Virus record (IMG/VR): IMGVR_UViG_3300009509_000010
Coordinates: 14,782 to 78,781 of that record
Source of the DNA: a virus
Length of the DNA stretch: 64,000 nucleotides
Strand: one strand, 5' to 3'
In this document: in pieces, positions 37,033-47,900 of the stretch
Numbering within the stretch: position 1 is the first letter of the stretch
How the letters are laid out: each line of letters begins with the position of its first letter
Made by a program: the position numbers and the translations under genes
Notes under the pieces: generated by a model
What the model saw: only the letters and a program-made list of their open reading frames with translations
Databases searched by the model: none
Told to the model about the DNA's origin: nothing

Positions 37033-39198
37033 ATGGCAACCGAGATCACGATCCCAGATTTCGACTTTTCAGGGTTCTATTACCCCGAGATCCTAGAGGC
37101 GTTGATCCAATACAAGCGCCAAAACGTGCCCGAGCTCACCGACGAGTCAGAGTTTGAGCCATTCATTCAGTTTTTGCGGGCGGTGGCGTGTGTGGGCCAC
37201 CTCAACAACACTCTGCTCGACCTTGTAGCCAACGAATCCACCTTACCTACTGCAAAGCTCGCCGAGACCGTGCGCAACATGTTGCGGTTGATTGACTACG
37301 AGCTGAGCCCAGCAACCCCGGCCCAAGTGGATCTCGTTTTTGAGCTCGCCAAGGTGTTTTTAGCGTCAACGCAGGTGATCCCGAACCGGGCCCAAGCGGC
37401 GACCAAAAAGGTCGGTGATGATCCGGTGGTCTACTTCGAGGCCCTCACCGGTTTGGTGGTCGAGCGGACCGACCGATTTTCTTACGTGTACGGGGTTGAG
37501 GCGGGCGCGTTTACCGATCACACCACCAAAGCCAATAGCGCCACAACTCCCGGGGACGATTGGACCCCTTGGGCAACCCCTGCGGTTGGGGACTTGATCT
37601 ATCTCGGCCACAAACAAGCCATGTGGAACGAGATCTCGATCGGGCCTTTGACGGCATTGGCCAGCGGGATCACGGGCGTGTGGGAATACTACGATGGCGA
37701 ATGGGCCAAATCTGTTCCTTCTCTTGTGCTCCTAGATGGTTCTGATCTTGTTTTCGATTTAACAGCCTATTTGGGGGCCCAAAACAGACAGGGGACCGAG
37801 ATCCGGGTGGTACTCAATGAAACGGGCGCCTATGAAACCGTGATCTCGACTTGGAACGGCTCCGCCAATATCGCCACAACGGGCCTGCTCGGGCAATCAA
37901 GCCCTTCGACCGAGGCCACCGACTACACGGTGGGATCGGATTGGGAGCCGTTACCCGATATCGACGATGCAACGACCAACCTTTCGGTGACCGACGAGGT
38001 GGTGGGCTTTACACTCCCGCAAAGTATCGATCACAACTGGATCGTGGGCGAGGTCAACAACGCTGAGGCCTATTGGATCCGATATCGGATCGTCGAGGTC
38101 TCGGTTGCGAGCGGGCCGACGCTCCAACGGGTGAGGCTCGACACTGGCAAACAGTACGTCTATAGGCTGGCAACGCAGGGGCGGACCGTGGCCGACCGTC
38201 CGTTGGGCAGCTCGACAGGGCTAGCCAATCAAGAATTTGAATTGACCCGAGACTACTTTATCAATGAATCCGAATCGGTTTATGTCGACGGCGAGCTTTG
38301 GACCAGGGTTGACAATTTCTTGTCCTCGGGCCCAACCGAGCGTCACTATACGGTTGAGCTCGGAGCCAACGACAGGGCCACAATCAAGTTTGGGGATGGT
38401 GTGACGGGCAAGATCCCGGCCCTTGGGGTCAACAATATCGTGGTTGACCCGTATCGCTACAACGCCGAGGTTGATGGCAACGTAGGCGCCAATACCGTGA
38501 CCATTGACAAAACGGGTTTGTCGTTTGTTTCCAAGCTTTGGAACCCTCGGGGGGCCGCCGGTTGGAAGGAGGCCGACGGGGCAAACGAAACCACCCTCGA
38601 GCGAGCCAAAATCGAGGGGCCCGCAAGCTTGCGCACCCGAGCGGTGGCGATTGGGCCTAATGACGTCGAGGCTTTGGCCGTGGGTTTCACCGACACCGCC
38701 GGGGCGAACCCGTTTTCCCGAGCTCGGGTTTTCGAGGAGGCCTTTGGGCCGAAAACGCTCGAGGTGACCGTTGTGGCGGCCGGTGGTGGTCAGGCGAGCG
38801 CTGACCAGTTAGAGGCTCTTGAGGTCTACTTTAACGGGGACCAATACGCTTACCCACCGATCGAAAAACACCTTGTGGCGAACCAAGAGGTGACCGCGGT
38901 TAATCACACCTCAAAGGTGATCGATATCGTGGCCACGGTTTACGGTGACGTGACCGCCGAGGAGGTGACCAACGCCTTGGCCGCGGTGCTCCACCAAGAG
39001 GCTATCAAGGCCGACGGGGTGACCTACGAATGGGAATGGGGCGAGGACGTACCCCGCAACCGACTGATCCACGAAATTTTCGAAACGGATGAATCAATCA
39101 CCAACGTCACGTTGACCACACCCGCGGCCGACGTTCCGTTGACGGCTAGGCAACTCCCTGTTTTGGGGACCGTGACCCTAACCATAATTGAGCCCTAG
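37033..39198 (+). CDS. Baseplate J-like wedge protein
   Basis: ANESTLPTA..LIDYELSPATPA, IKFGDGVTGKIP, GWKEADGANETTLE..RAVAIGPND. Confidence 0.88.
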   Translation: MATEITIPDFDFSGFYYPEILEALIQYKRQNVPELTDESEFEPFIQFLRAVACVGHLNNTLLDLVANESTLPTAKLAETVRNMLRLIDYELSPATPAQVDLVFELAKVFLASTQVIPNRAQAATKKVGDDPVVYFEALTGLVVERTDRFSYVYGVEAGAFTDHTTKANSATTPGDDWTPWATPAVGDLIYLGHKQAMWNEISIGPLTALASGITGVWEYYDGEWAKSVPSLVLLDGSDLVFDLTAYLGAQNRQGTEIRVVLNETGAYETVISTWNGSANIATTGLLGQSSPSTEATDYTVGSDWEPLPDIDDATTNLSVTDEVVGFTLPQSIDHNWIVGEVNNAEAYWIRYRIVEVSVASGPTLQRVRLDTGKQYVYRLATQGRTVADRPLGSSTGLANQEFELTRDYFINESESVYVDGELWTRVDNFLSSGPTERHYTVELGANDRATIKFGDGVTGKIPALGVNNIVVDPYRYNAEVDGNVGANTVTIDKTGLSFVSKLWNPRGAAGWKEADGANETTLERAKIEGPASLRTRAVAIGPNDVEALAVGFTDTAGANPFSRARVFEEAFGPKTLEVTVVAAGGGQASADQLEALEVYFNGDQYAYPPIEKHLVANQEVTAVNHTSKVIDIVATVYGDVTAEEVTNALAAVLHQEAIKADGVTYEWEWGEDVPRNRLIHEIFETDESITNVTLTTPAADVPLTARQLPVLGTVTLTIIEP

Positions 39199-39210
39199 GA
39201 GGCCGCCGAT

Positions 39211-39630
39211 ATGTCAAAAGGATTCACCAACACGATCAAGGAACAGTTTCTCGACAAAGCGTTGGGCAGTGCGGCCACAACCCCGCTCAATCAAGCGACG
39301 GTGTATCTTGGCCTATCCACCACCGACCCAGGGGGCGACGGAACAGGATTTACCGAGCCGACCGGTGGGTCCTACGCTCGCCAAAGCTCGACCAACGACG
39401 TCACCAATTGGCCGGCGGCGAGCTCGGGCCAAAAAACCAACGGGGCCGTGATCTCATATCCGGCGGCCACCGCAGCTTGGGGGACGATCACCCACTGGGG
39501 GATTTTTTTGGCCAGCACGGGCGGAACGCCGGTGATTTGGGGCGAGCTCGACACCCCGCGGGCGGTGGCCAGCGGTGATCAATTCCAGCATGGGATCGGC
39601 AAGCTGATCGTGACTATGACAAACCAGTGA
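39211..39630 (+). CDS. Small phage tail/fibre-associated protein
   Basis: YLGLSTTDP..EPTGGSYARQ..WGTITHWGIF..TGG motif of a widespread ~140-aa tail protein family. Confidence 0.75.
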   Translation: MSKGFTNTIKEQFLDKALGSAATTPLNQATVYLGLSTTDPGGDGTGFTEPTGGSYARQSSTNDVTNWPAASSGQKTNGAVISYPAATAAWGTITHWGIFLASTGGTPVIWGELDTPRAVASGDQFQHGIGKLIVTMTNQ

Positions 39631-39640
39631 GGAGCCCACC

Positions 39641-40681
39641 GTGGCGTTGATTGACCCCGTTTGCACCTGCGATCCCTTGGTGGGCGTGACCGCCGAGGCG
39701 GCCCTCGTGTTTGGCCCGATTGGTACCACCGACCCCTTGGTGGACTCCGCCGGGTCGAAGGGGATGATCGCGTTTGACGCCGGTGGCGAGGCCGCGCCTT
39801 TGGTGGACGTTACCGGGCGGCTTGGCAGTCCACCACCCACGATCTCGGTTTCGGTGACGGGCGCCACAACATTGCGGGTCAATTTTTCGGAGCCAATGGA
39901 CGATACCACCGAGCTCGACGATCCCGCCTCCTACTCGGTGGCGGTACAAACCGAGGGGGCGGTGGGGGTGGCCGTGAGCTCGGTTACCCGCGAGGCGGTG
40001 ACAAATCCGACCTACGTTGATTTGGTGACCACCGAGCACACCGACGGAGCCGATTACGAGCTTTATGTGGCGGCGGCGGTTGTGGACCTCCAAGGGGACT
40101 ATGTCGAGGACCCCGACGCCTACGTGGGCCAAGGGGTGCAACCCCAAATTGCCAGCGCGGTGGCGGTGACCGCTCGCAAGATCCGGGTGATTTTCGACGA
40201 GCCTATGGATCGAAACGACGGCGAGCTTTTGAAGGTGGCAAATTATGCGATCACGCCACAATCCGCCGGGGCCATTGCGGTCAATATCAACTCGGTGTCC
40301 ACCGTAGGGTCGACCCCTAGTTACGTCGAGGTTGAAACCACCGAGCACACCGAGGGGGCCTCCTATCAGGTTTCGGTGGTGACCTCGGGCGAGATCCGCG
40401 ACGCCGCCTATAATTCGATTGACCCCGCGGGGGCTTCGACAACCTACACGGGCGAGGGGGATGCGCCTACTTTGCTTCAAGTCAAACCCGTGAGCTCGAC
40501 ACGGGTTGATCTCGTGTTTTCCGAAACCATGCGGGACACTCCCGAGATCCGGGATCCGGCCCAATACGTTTGGGATAATGGGTTGACCACTTTGGCCGTG
40601 CTCGAGCTCGACGGGGACACAGTCAAATTGGTTACCACCGAGCAAACCGAGGGGCTCTTGTACGCCCTAACGATCTCGTGA
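39641..40681 (+). CDS. Ig-like (Big_5-type) repeat virion protein
   Basis: Three repeats LRVNFSEPM / IRVIFDEPM / VDLVFSETM. Confidence 0.72.
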   Translation: MALIDPVCTCDPLVGVTAEAALVFGPIGTTDPLVDSAGSKGMIAFDAGGEAAPLVDVTGRLGSPPPTISVSVTGATTLRVNFSEPMDDTTELDDPASYSVAVQTEGAVGVAVSSVTREAVTNPTYVDLVTTEHTDGADYELYVAAAVVDLQGDYVEDPDAYVGQGVQPQIASAVAVTARKIRVIFDEPMDRNDGELLKVANYAITPQSAGAIAVNINSVSTVGSTPSYVEVETTEHTEGASYQVSVVTSGEIRDAAYNSIDPAGASTTYTGEGDAPTLLQVKPVSSTRVDLVFSETMRDTPEIRDPAQYVWDNGLTTLAVLELDGDTVKLVTTEQTEGLLYALTIS

Positions 40682-40690
40682 GGCGAAACC

Positions 40691-41941
40691 ATGGCGATCA
40701 CCGATTTAGCGGGCAACAGTCTAGCGCCAGGCACCACCGGGCAAATGCTCGGATACACCGAGATCAACGCCGAGGAGATCCTGACACTTGACGCCTATCG
40801 ATTCTTGATCAAACCGATTCGGGATCAAGACCTCCAACACGGTGATCTGTTCGTTCAACGGTTTTTCTCGGGGGTGCAATCGGTTTGGGAAACCATCCAA
40901 ACCAAAATTTTCCAGGTCAAGGACCTGTGGTCAATAACCAAGATTCCCGACGCTTTTTTGGTCTACCTAAAATACATTGTTGGGTGGACTGATGATCCGT
41001 ATCTGAAACGGATCACCGACGCCTTGGACTCCGACACCTTGCGGCGGCTGATCGCAGCTTCAATCCCGTTTTGGAAGTTGCGCGGGCCCGAGGACACGAT
41101 TGTTGACCTATTGCAGCTTGTGACCGGTCAAAGGGTGCGGATCTGGAATTGGTTTGATTTTCGTTGGGTGTCGGACGAAACCCAACTTGGTGAGGACCAC
41201 CAAGGGCGAGACGCGTGGATCATTGCGTTGCCCTCCGAGGGGGATGCCGAACAGTGGTTCAACGTGCGGATCGTTGATCCGGGCGACCTCGATCGCGAGC
41301 TCGTGATCAACCTGGTTAAACTTTGTCGGCCCCTAGGTGAAAAGGTCGAGGTTTCCTATATCGGTTTTCTCGACCGCTTTTTGGTCGAAAATGATTGGAA
41401 CCAATGGCGGCTCGAAACCGGGACCGCGATCACGGTGACCGGTGGGGCAATGCAGCTCGGGGATAGTAGTTTGGCCGAGCTCGCGTTGATAGATGGGACC
41501 ACACCGGCGGCGTGGGCGAATTATGTGGTGTACGCTCGGATCCGGGGTGGGGATGCCACAACGGCCGGGCGCGGGGTGGGTTTGGCGTTTTACGCTACCG
41601 ACGCGAGCAACGCCTATCGAGCCTATTTCGACATTGCGGCGGCCACTTTGACGCTCGATAAACTCGTGGGCGGAGCTCCAACAACGATTGCGACCTACAC
41701 GTTTGGGGCGATTTTGACCGTGAATCAGTGGTTCGGTTTGCGGATCCACGTTGAGGCCGAGAGCTCCACAAATCGCATCAAGGTGTACGTTGACGGTGAG
41801 GAACGGATCAACGTAACCGACGCAGCCCACACCTCGGGGACGGTGGGCCTTTTTCATTTGGCAAACACAACGATCGAAGTCGACGAGGTGGAGGTTTTCG
41901 AGACACCCCTCGAGACCGAAACCGTTGATATCAACTCGTGA
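40691..41941 (+). CDS. Baseplate wedge (P2 gpI-like) fused to ConA/LamG-like domain
   Basis: PDAFLVYLKYIVGW..RRLI..WKLRG; C-term WFGLRIHVE..IKVYVDG..GTVGL. Confidence 0.7.
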   Translation: MAITDLAGNSLAPGTTGQMLGYTEINAEEILTLDAYRFLIKPIRDQDLQHGDLFVQRFFSGVQSVWETIQTKIFQVKDLWSITKIPDAFLVYLKYIVGWTDDPYLKRITDALDSDTLRRLIAASIPFWKLRGPEDTIVDLLQLVTGQRVRIWNWFDFRWVSDETQLGEDHQGRDAWIIALPSEGDAEQWFNVRIVDPGDLDRELVINLVKLCRPLGEKVEVSYIGFLDRFLVENDWNQWRLETGTAITVTGGAMQLGDSSLAELALIDGTTPAAWANYVVYARIRGGDATTAGRGVGLAFYATDASNAYRAYFDIAAATLTLDKLVGGAPTTIATYTFGAILTVNQWFGLRIHVEAESSTNRIKVYVDGEERINVTDAAHTSGTVGLFHLANTTIEVDEVEVFETPLETETVDINS

Positions 41942-41949
41942 GGTGAGAC

Positions 41950-44900
41950 ATGGCAACCGGGACAACTTTTGCAGCGGTAACCGAAAAACGACTTTTTGGA
42001 ACGGCCGACTTTCGGGATCGGTTGCTTGGGCACCTCCGCACGCTAGTCCAAGAGAGCTACGAGAAATCCTACCGGGGTGGGTGTGTTTACGACGCGGCCC
42101 TAAATTTGATTTCGGGCGGAAACGACAAAATAACGATCTCGGGCACTAGCCTTGCAACCGATGGCCAAGGCCACCTCCTCGACGTAGCGCCGAGCGGATT
42201 TGCAACAGGTTTGCAATTTCAAAACACCGCAGCGGTTGAATACGAGATCGGCCTACACTACGCCGAGGTTCCAAGCGGAATCCAAATCAACCCGAGGACG
42301 GGCCTACCTGAGTTTGTCGGGTGGGATGAAACGATCGGCGAAAGTGGCACCCCGGATCTGGTCACCGATAACGGAAACGGAACGATCACTTTTCGGGTTA
42401 ACACAATCACCGAGTCGGGCGTTTCCAACGCTGGGCGCAAGGTGCGGGTTTACAAAAACATACCCGGTCCCAACGCCACCACCGAGGTGGTGGCGATTGA
42501 GGAGCTCACCGTAGCTTGGACCGGGAGCAACAACGAGATCACCACCGCGGCGGTTTTCGGCCAAGAAACGGTTAGCACCACCGCGGCCGATTACACGGTG
42601 GTTTTGATGGGCGCAACCATCAAACGCAATACCACGCTTTACGACGTTGACGGTTACGCGTTTCTAGGCAAGGTGACCGGTGGGGGGTCGGGAGCTCCGC
42701 CGAGCGGGTTTGATGTCACCGACCAAGACGTGATCGACATGTCGTTGTCAGACATGGCCGACATTACGAGCCGCAACGCCACCACCGATCGGCTCAAAAT
42801 CGACGTGAAAAGCTACACCGGGGACGTGGGTGATCCACAAATTCAGGTTCGGGACCCCAGTGGGACTCCGGTTTTTACCGTTGACGGTAACGGTAACGTG
42901 GTGATTGAGGGGACCACCACACAACAAGATTTTGTCCAAGTAAACTCGAGCGAGACGATCACCGACAATTTGACCGCGGGCGACGATGGCGCCACCGACT
43001 CCCACAAAATCAAAGGCACGTGGTGGCACACCAACAACGCCGAGACCGCGAATTATTTTCACATTGACGGGGCGACGGGCCACATTGGTTTAAACAAACC
43101 CGCAGATTCGGGCTTTTGGCTAGATGTCGCAAATTCGGCTCGGTTTCAAGGACTTGTGCAATTCGCAAGTGCGGTTCCAAATATCCAATTTTTGGAAACC
43201 GACGTTGCGATTGATGATGGTGGTTTGTGGCGTTTGATACTCACAAACGGCGACATATACTTCCAAATGAATACCGCCGCGGGGGGTGATTTTACCTCCG
43301 CAACAAGTTGGTTGCGCTTTAATCGCGCACTATCAACGATATACTCGTATTTCAATTTTTCCCCAATTTCGGACGATACAAGGGACATAGGTTCGGCCGG
43401 TTTGGAATGGAAAGATCTTTATATCGACGGGACAGCCTACGTTGACACGTTAAGCCTATCAACGGTGGCGGGCGAGGGCGTTGCAACAAGTATTATCCCA
43501 ACGACCAACGGGACCCTTAACCTTGGCAGTGTGGCCTATAGGTGGAATCAAATCATAACCGAGCAACTCGATAGTTACTTGGATACTGACACCGCCACCA
43601 CACCGGCAATTTGGGCAAAGCATGATGCCACCTCGGTGACCAATACCCGGTTATCGTTGGCTAGATTACAAGCCGATACCGACGCAGCGGTGGCAAATGA
43701 TTTTGGTGGAAGTGTGGAGCTCGACATCAAAGACACCACCGTTGCCAAAGTGCAGTGGTGGCGACGCGGGGCGGATGATCAGTGTGATCTTTACTTTTTC
43801 CTCCGGGATGCTGTTGACGCAAACACCGCCCAACTAAAACTCAAATACGACGGCGGGATGGATGCCCGCACGATTTTGCCGTTTGCGACCGATACCTACG
43901 ATCTCGGCTCGCCGAGCTACAGGTGGGCGAATATCTACACCGCAAACTTAAACGTCGGTGAGGATATCAACCCGGCGGCGGATCTTACCTATGACCTCGG
44001 GCAACCTTCGGTGCGTTGGCTCAATGTATACACCCAAAACGTGGCCGGCGGGCCAGGGACAGGGACTGATTTTGTCAATATCAGTGGCCCTGATTACGTC
44101 AATATAAACGGCCCATTGTATCTTGGCGGTTTCGACTACGCCGAGCCCAGCGGGACCATGGCGGGAGGTGGACATACCTTTCTTGCGCAAGAAGCAACCG
44201 GGGCGTTGGTGCTTGCGACCGAAAACGGTGATGGTCGAGTCAATTTGACTTGGAACGCCTATTTTGATGGCACGACGTGGCGCGGTTGGAAAGGCAGCGG
44301 CGAAGGCGCCACCCGTTTGCAAATCACAGAAAACGTGGGTCTTTTAGAATGGACTTGGTGGGTTGACGATTCGGTGTCCACCCCTGGCGAGATTGCAAAT
44401 GTTAGGTCAATCGACCAAAAACGCTTTGTTATCGGGTCCGCCGGTGTTTGGGCTTATGACAAAGTGATCATTGAAAGCACAGAGCCTCGGAGTCATTATG
44501 TTGATTCTGACCTTGCCGTTGACGCCGGTGGCCTTTGGCGAATTCGGATCGTTGGCGGTGATTATTCGTTGGAGGAAAATACCGCGGCGGCTGGTAACTT
44601 CACTACGATATCGGGCTGGTTCCGGACTGACCGAGCAAACGCCGCTATTGAGTTTTATAAAAACGTTTGGCCGAGCGCCGATGATTCTTTCGACCTTGGG
44701 ACCGCGGCCCAACAGTGGCGCCACCTTTACATTGACGGGACGGCCAATATTGACACCCTATCTTTAGACACCACCGACGGGCTCGGGGTGGCTTCGCACC
44801 TAAAACCAACTACCACCGCAACCTACGATTTGGGAGGAGCAAACCGGTATTGGCGTGATCTTTATCTATCGGGTGGTATTACGAGTCAGGGGATTTTATA

Positions 44901-47900
44901 TCTCTTGTCAGATATTGCCCTAGAGGAAACCATCGTTATCCAAAATACCGGGGTATCTCAAGGAGGTTCATTCATCAAGTTTTGGTCCAACGAGGTTGAC
45001 CTAAATAACGCAACTGACCCAGAAGACGTCCTCGGCGGATTGCGGTTCTATGGTGACGCTGGGGACGGCGTGAATAGTTACCTTGGCGCATCGATGAGAG
45101 CGGCCGCTAAAACCGGGTGGAATGTCAGCAATGCGGAATCAAAACTCGTTTGGGCGTTGGCCGGTTCTGGTGAAACAACCGCAACTGACCGTTTGGCGCT
45201 TAACTCGGTTCAGTTATATCCAATTACGGACGATGCACTAAACCTCGGGTCAGCGACCAACGAGTGGGGCGACCTTCACATTGACGGAACGGCTTACATT
45301 GACACATTATCTTTGGACACCACCGACGGGCTTGGGGTAGCAACGACAATTAAGCCAACGACCGACGGGTCATTCGACCTCGGGAGCTCAACACGGGAAT
45401 GGCGCAACCTATACGTTGACGGGATTGCGTATGTTGACGCTCTTGTTTTATCGTCGGCTGCGGCGGAAGGTGTGGCGAGTCACATTGTCCCAACGGCCGA
45501 CGATTCTTACGATTTAGGTAGTTCATCGTACAAATGGCGATCCCTTTATCTCGACGGGACGGCCTACGTTGACACCCTAAGTCTATCCACAACGGCGGGC
45601 GAGGGTGTAGCTACTGATTTGATCCCTACATCAAACGGTGTGGCGGCCCTTGGGAGCAGCTCTTACCGGTGGTCAAATATTCATGCGATTGAGGGGACGT
45701 TTTACAGGTCAACCGATACGCTCTCAACGGGCCTGTTGTCGGTAACCCATTATGTACCATCCGGCGGTGCATCCCGAGCTAAACTAGCCGAATTCGTGGC
45801 TACCGCGGGGGCCAGTAATATCAACGGTTTCGGTGGGTTTGTCTCGTTTTACAACGGGGCAAATGAGGTGGGGCGGATTGAGTGGTCTCGCAACGGAGCC
45901 AACGACCAAGCTGATATGGTTTGGCGGCTCAACTCGGTGGGCGACAACATGGTCAACCAACTGACGTTGCACTATAACAACGGGATCGAAACATACCACC
46001 ATTACCCGTACGCCGCCGATACCTGGGACCTTGGCACGACTGGTCAAGAATGGCGGGACGTTTACGCCATGCAGTTAAAATTGATTCAAATAAGCCCGAG
46101 AATTGAATGGCGGGACGAAAGCCTTGCAATTGACGCTGGCGGACTCTGGCGTAACATATTGGCGGGTGGTGTTTATCGTATTGAGGAAAATACCGCTGTG
46201 GCGGGTGATTTTTCAACTAACAAGTATTGGTTTGTTATCAACAAAACAAACGCGTGGGTTGAGACAGGTGCTGATTTTATTCCGAGAGCCAACTCGGCTT
46301 ACAATCTCGGAAACGCAACGCATTGGTGGTTGGACGCCTACATTGACCGAAATTTGTATATTGATGACGGGGAATTTTATTTACAGCTCAATGGTGGTAA
46401 CCCATACATCAATTTCGCAACGACCGGTGGTGTGGACGCGTTTTGGTACAGCCGTGGAAATAATCGTTTTTATTGGCGTATCGCAGGGGATGACAGTATT
46501 TTTGCCCTTGACGCGACTAACGCAAAATTCAAAGTTGATGTGGTGCCCAGTAGTCAACGCGGGGCCGACCTCGGCACCACTGGATCGAATTGGGATTGGA
46601 CTTACACTCGAAACGTAACGTCCGATGATTACTTGTTTTTGAGTAGTACAGATGATCACGTGTACCTAGTCAACTGGGAAGCGGTCCCGGTTGGGTCACT
46701 TGCCGGGAGCAATGTAACCATGGTTACTGGCAACGGCAATTGGACAACCCAACTACAGGCCGGGGCGGGCCGGGTTAATTTGTCTTGGAATTCATACTAC
46801 GATGGCACCACTTGGAGGTATTGGGACGCGGGCGGGGACGGTGCAACGCGTATGAATATTTCAACAAGTGGCGCCACCACGTATTGGGAATGGTGGTTTA
46901 ACGATACGGCGCCAGCGGCGGCCGGTGATACGCTCACTTGGATTTCCGGGGCATCTTTGCGTATAGACTCCGGTGGTATCACGACGAAAAACATTGAGGC
47001 CGTTGCAGGTAACACGTACGACATAGGCGCATCAGGTGCGTATTTTGAAAACTTGTACGCAAATACCCACTACATTGACGCAACTTTTTTGGCGTTTATC
47101 AACGGCTCAACTCCGCGGTTAACCTGGGATTCAACCGATTGGATACAATACAATCGGACAGACAACAAATGGCAATTTGGCGTGGGGGATTCGACAAAAT
47201 TTGAAATTGCGTCGAGTTACATCAATGTAGGTTTTTCAAACACCACGCCACCGGCTTTATTTAATGTAGGATATTATGGTACACCGGGCACGACCGATTT
47301 GCGAGGAAGCCACATTCATTCATATCTAAACTCGAACCTCAGTTCGGTGGCCGGTACCCGGAGGCGGTTGGTTTCGATAGGTGGCGCTGTATCAAACGAG
47401 GAATACCTGACCATATCGCAATACCGTGTGTCAACTGGGTCACAGTGGGATACGTCGGCAATTATTCTATCCCGCGAAGTTGACAACTCGGCGGACATCG
47501 GCGGGTATATTCAATTTGGGTCCGCGGATTTCGACGTCAAAGGGCATTGGCGCCCCTCTGCTGATTCGACCTATGAGCTAGGCGGATCAAATTATCGTTG
47601 GTCGACGATATATTCTGGAAATATCACCAGCCAACGAGACGCGACCGGGGCGGCGAACGCAGCAGCTTTTTTCACGCATAATGGTTTGACTACTGTTGAT
47701 GTGGAATTGTTGATTGCGAGGTTTAACGCAGAAACCGACGGTACGCAGGCTGACGGGTTTGGTGGTTATGTCAGGTATGAATCAGAAGGTCTTTCAAAGG
47801 GTGAACTGAGGTGGGTCCGTGACGGTGGAAATAATCAATACGACTTTTATTGGCTTACCCACAACAATACGTCTTTAACTGAGCGGTTGCGATTTCATTG

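Noticed and set aside
39614-40645. Long minus-strand ORFs (e.g. 39614..40645, 58225..59274, 6119..6886)
   Set aside because: Antisense shadows of well-supported + strand genes in GC-rich DNA, with no recognisable motifs
25261-41941. Extracellular contractile injection system or tailocin
   Set aside because: Terminase, portal, capsid and a long tape measure are present, so it is a true phage
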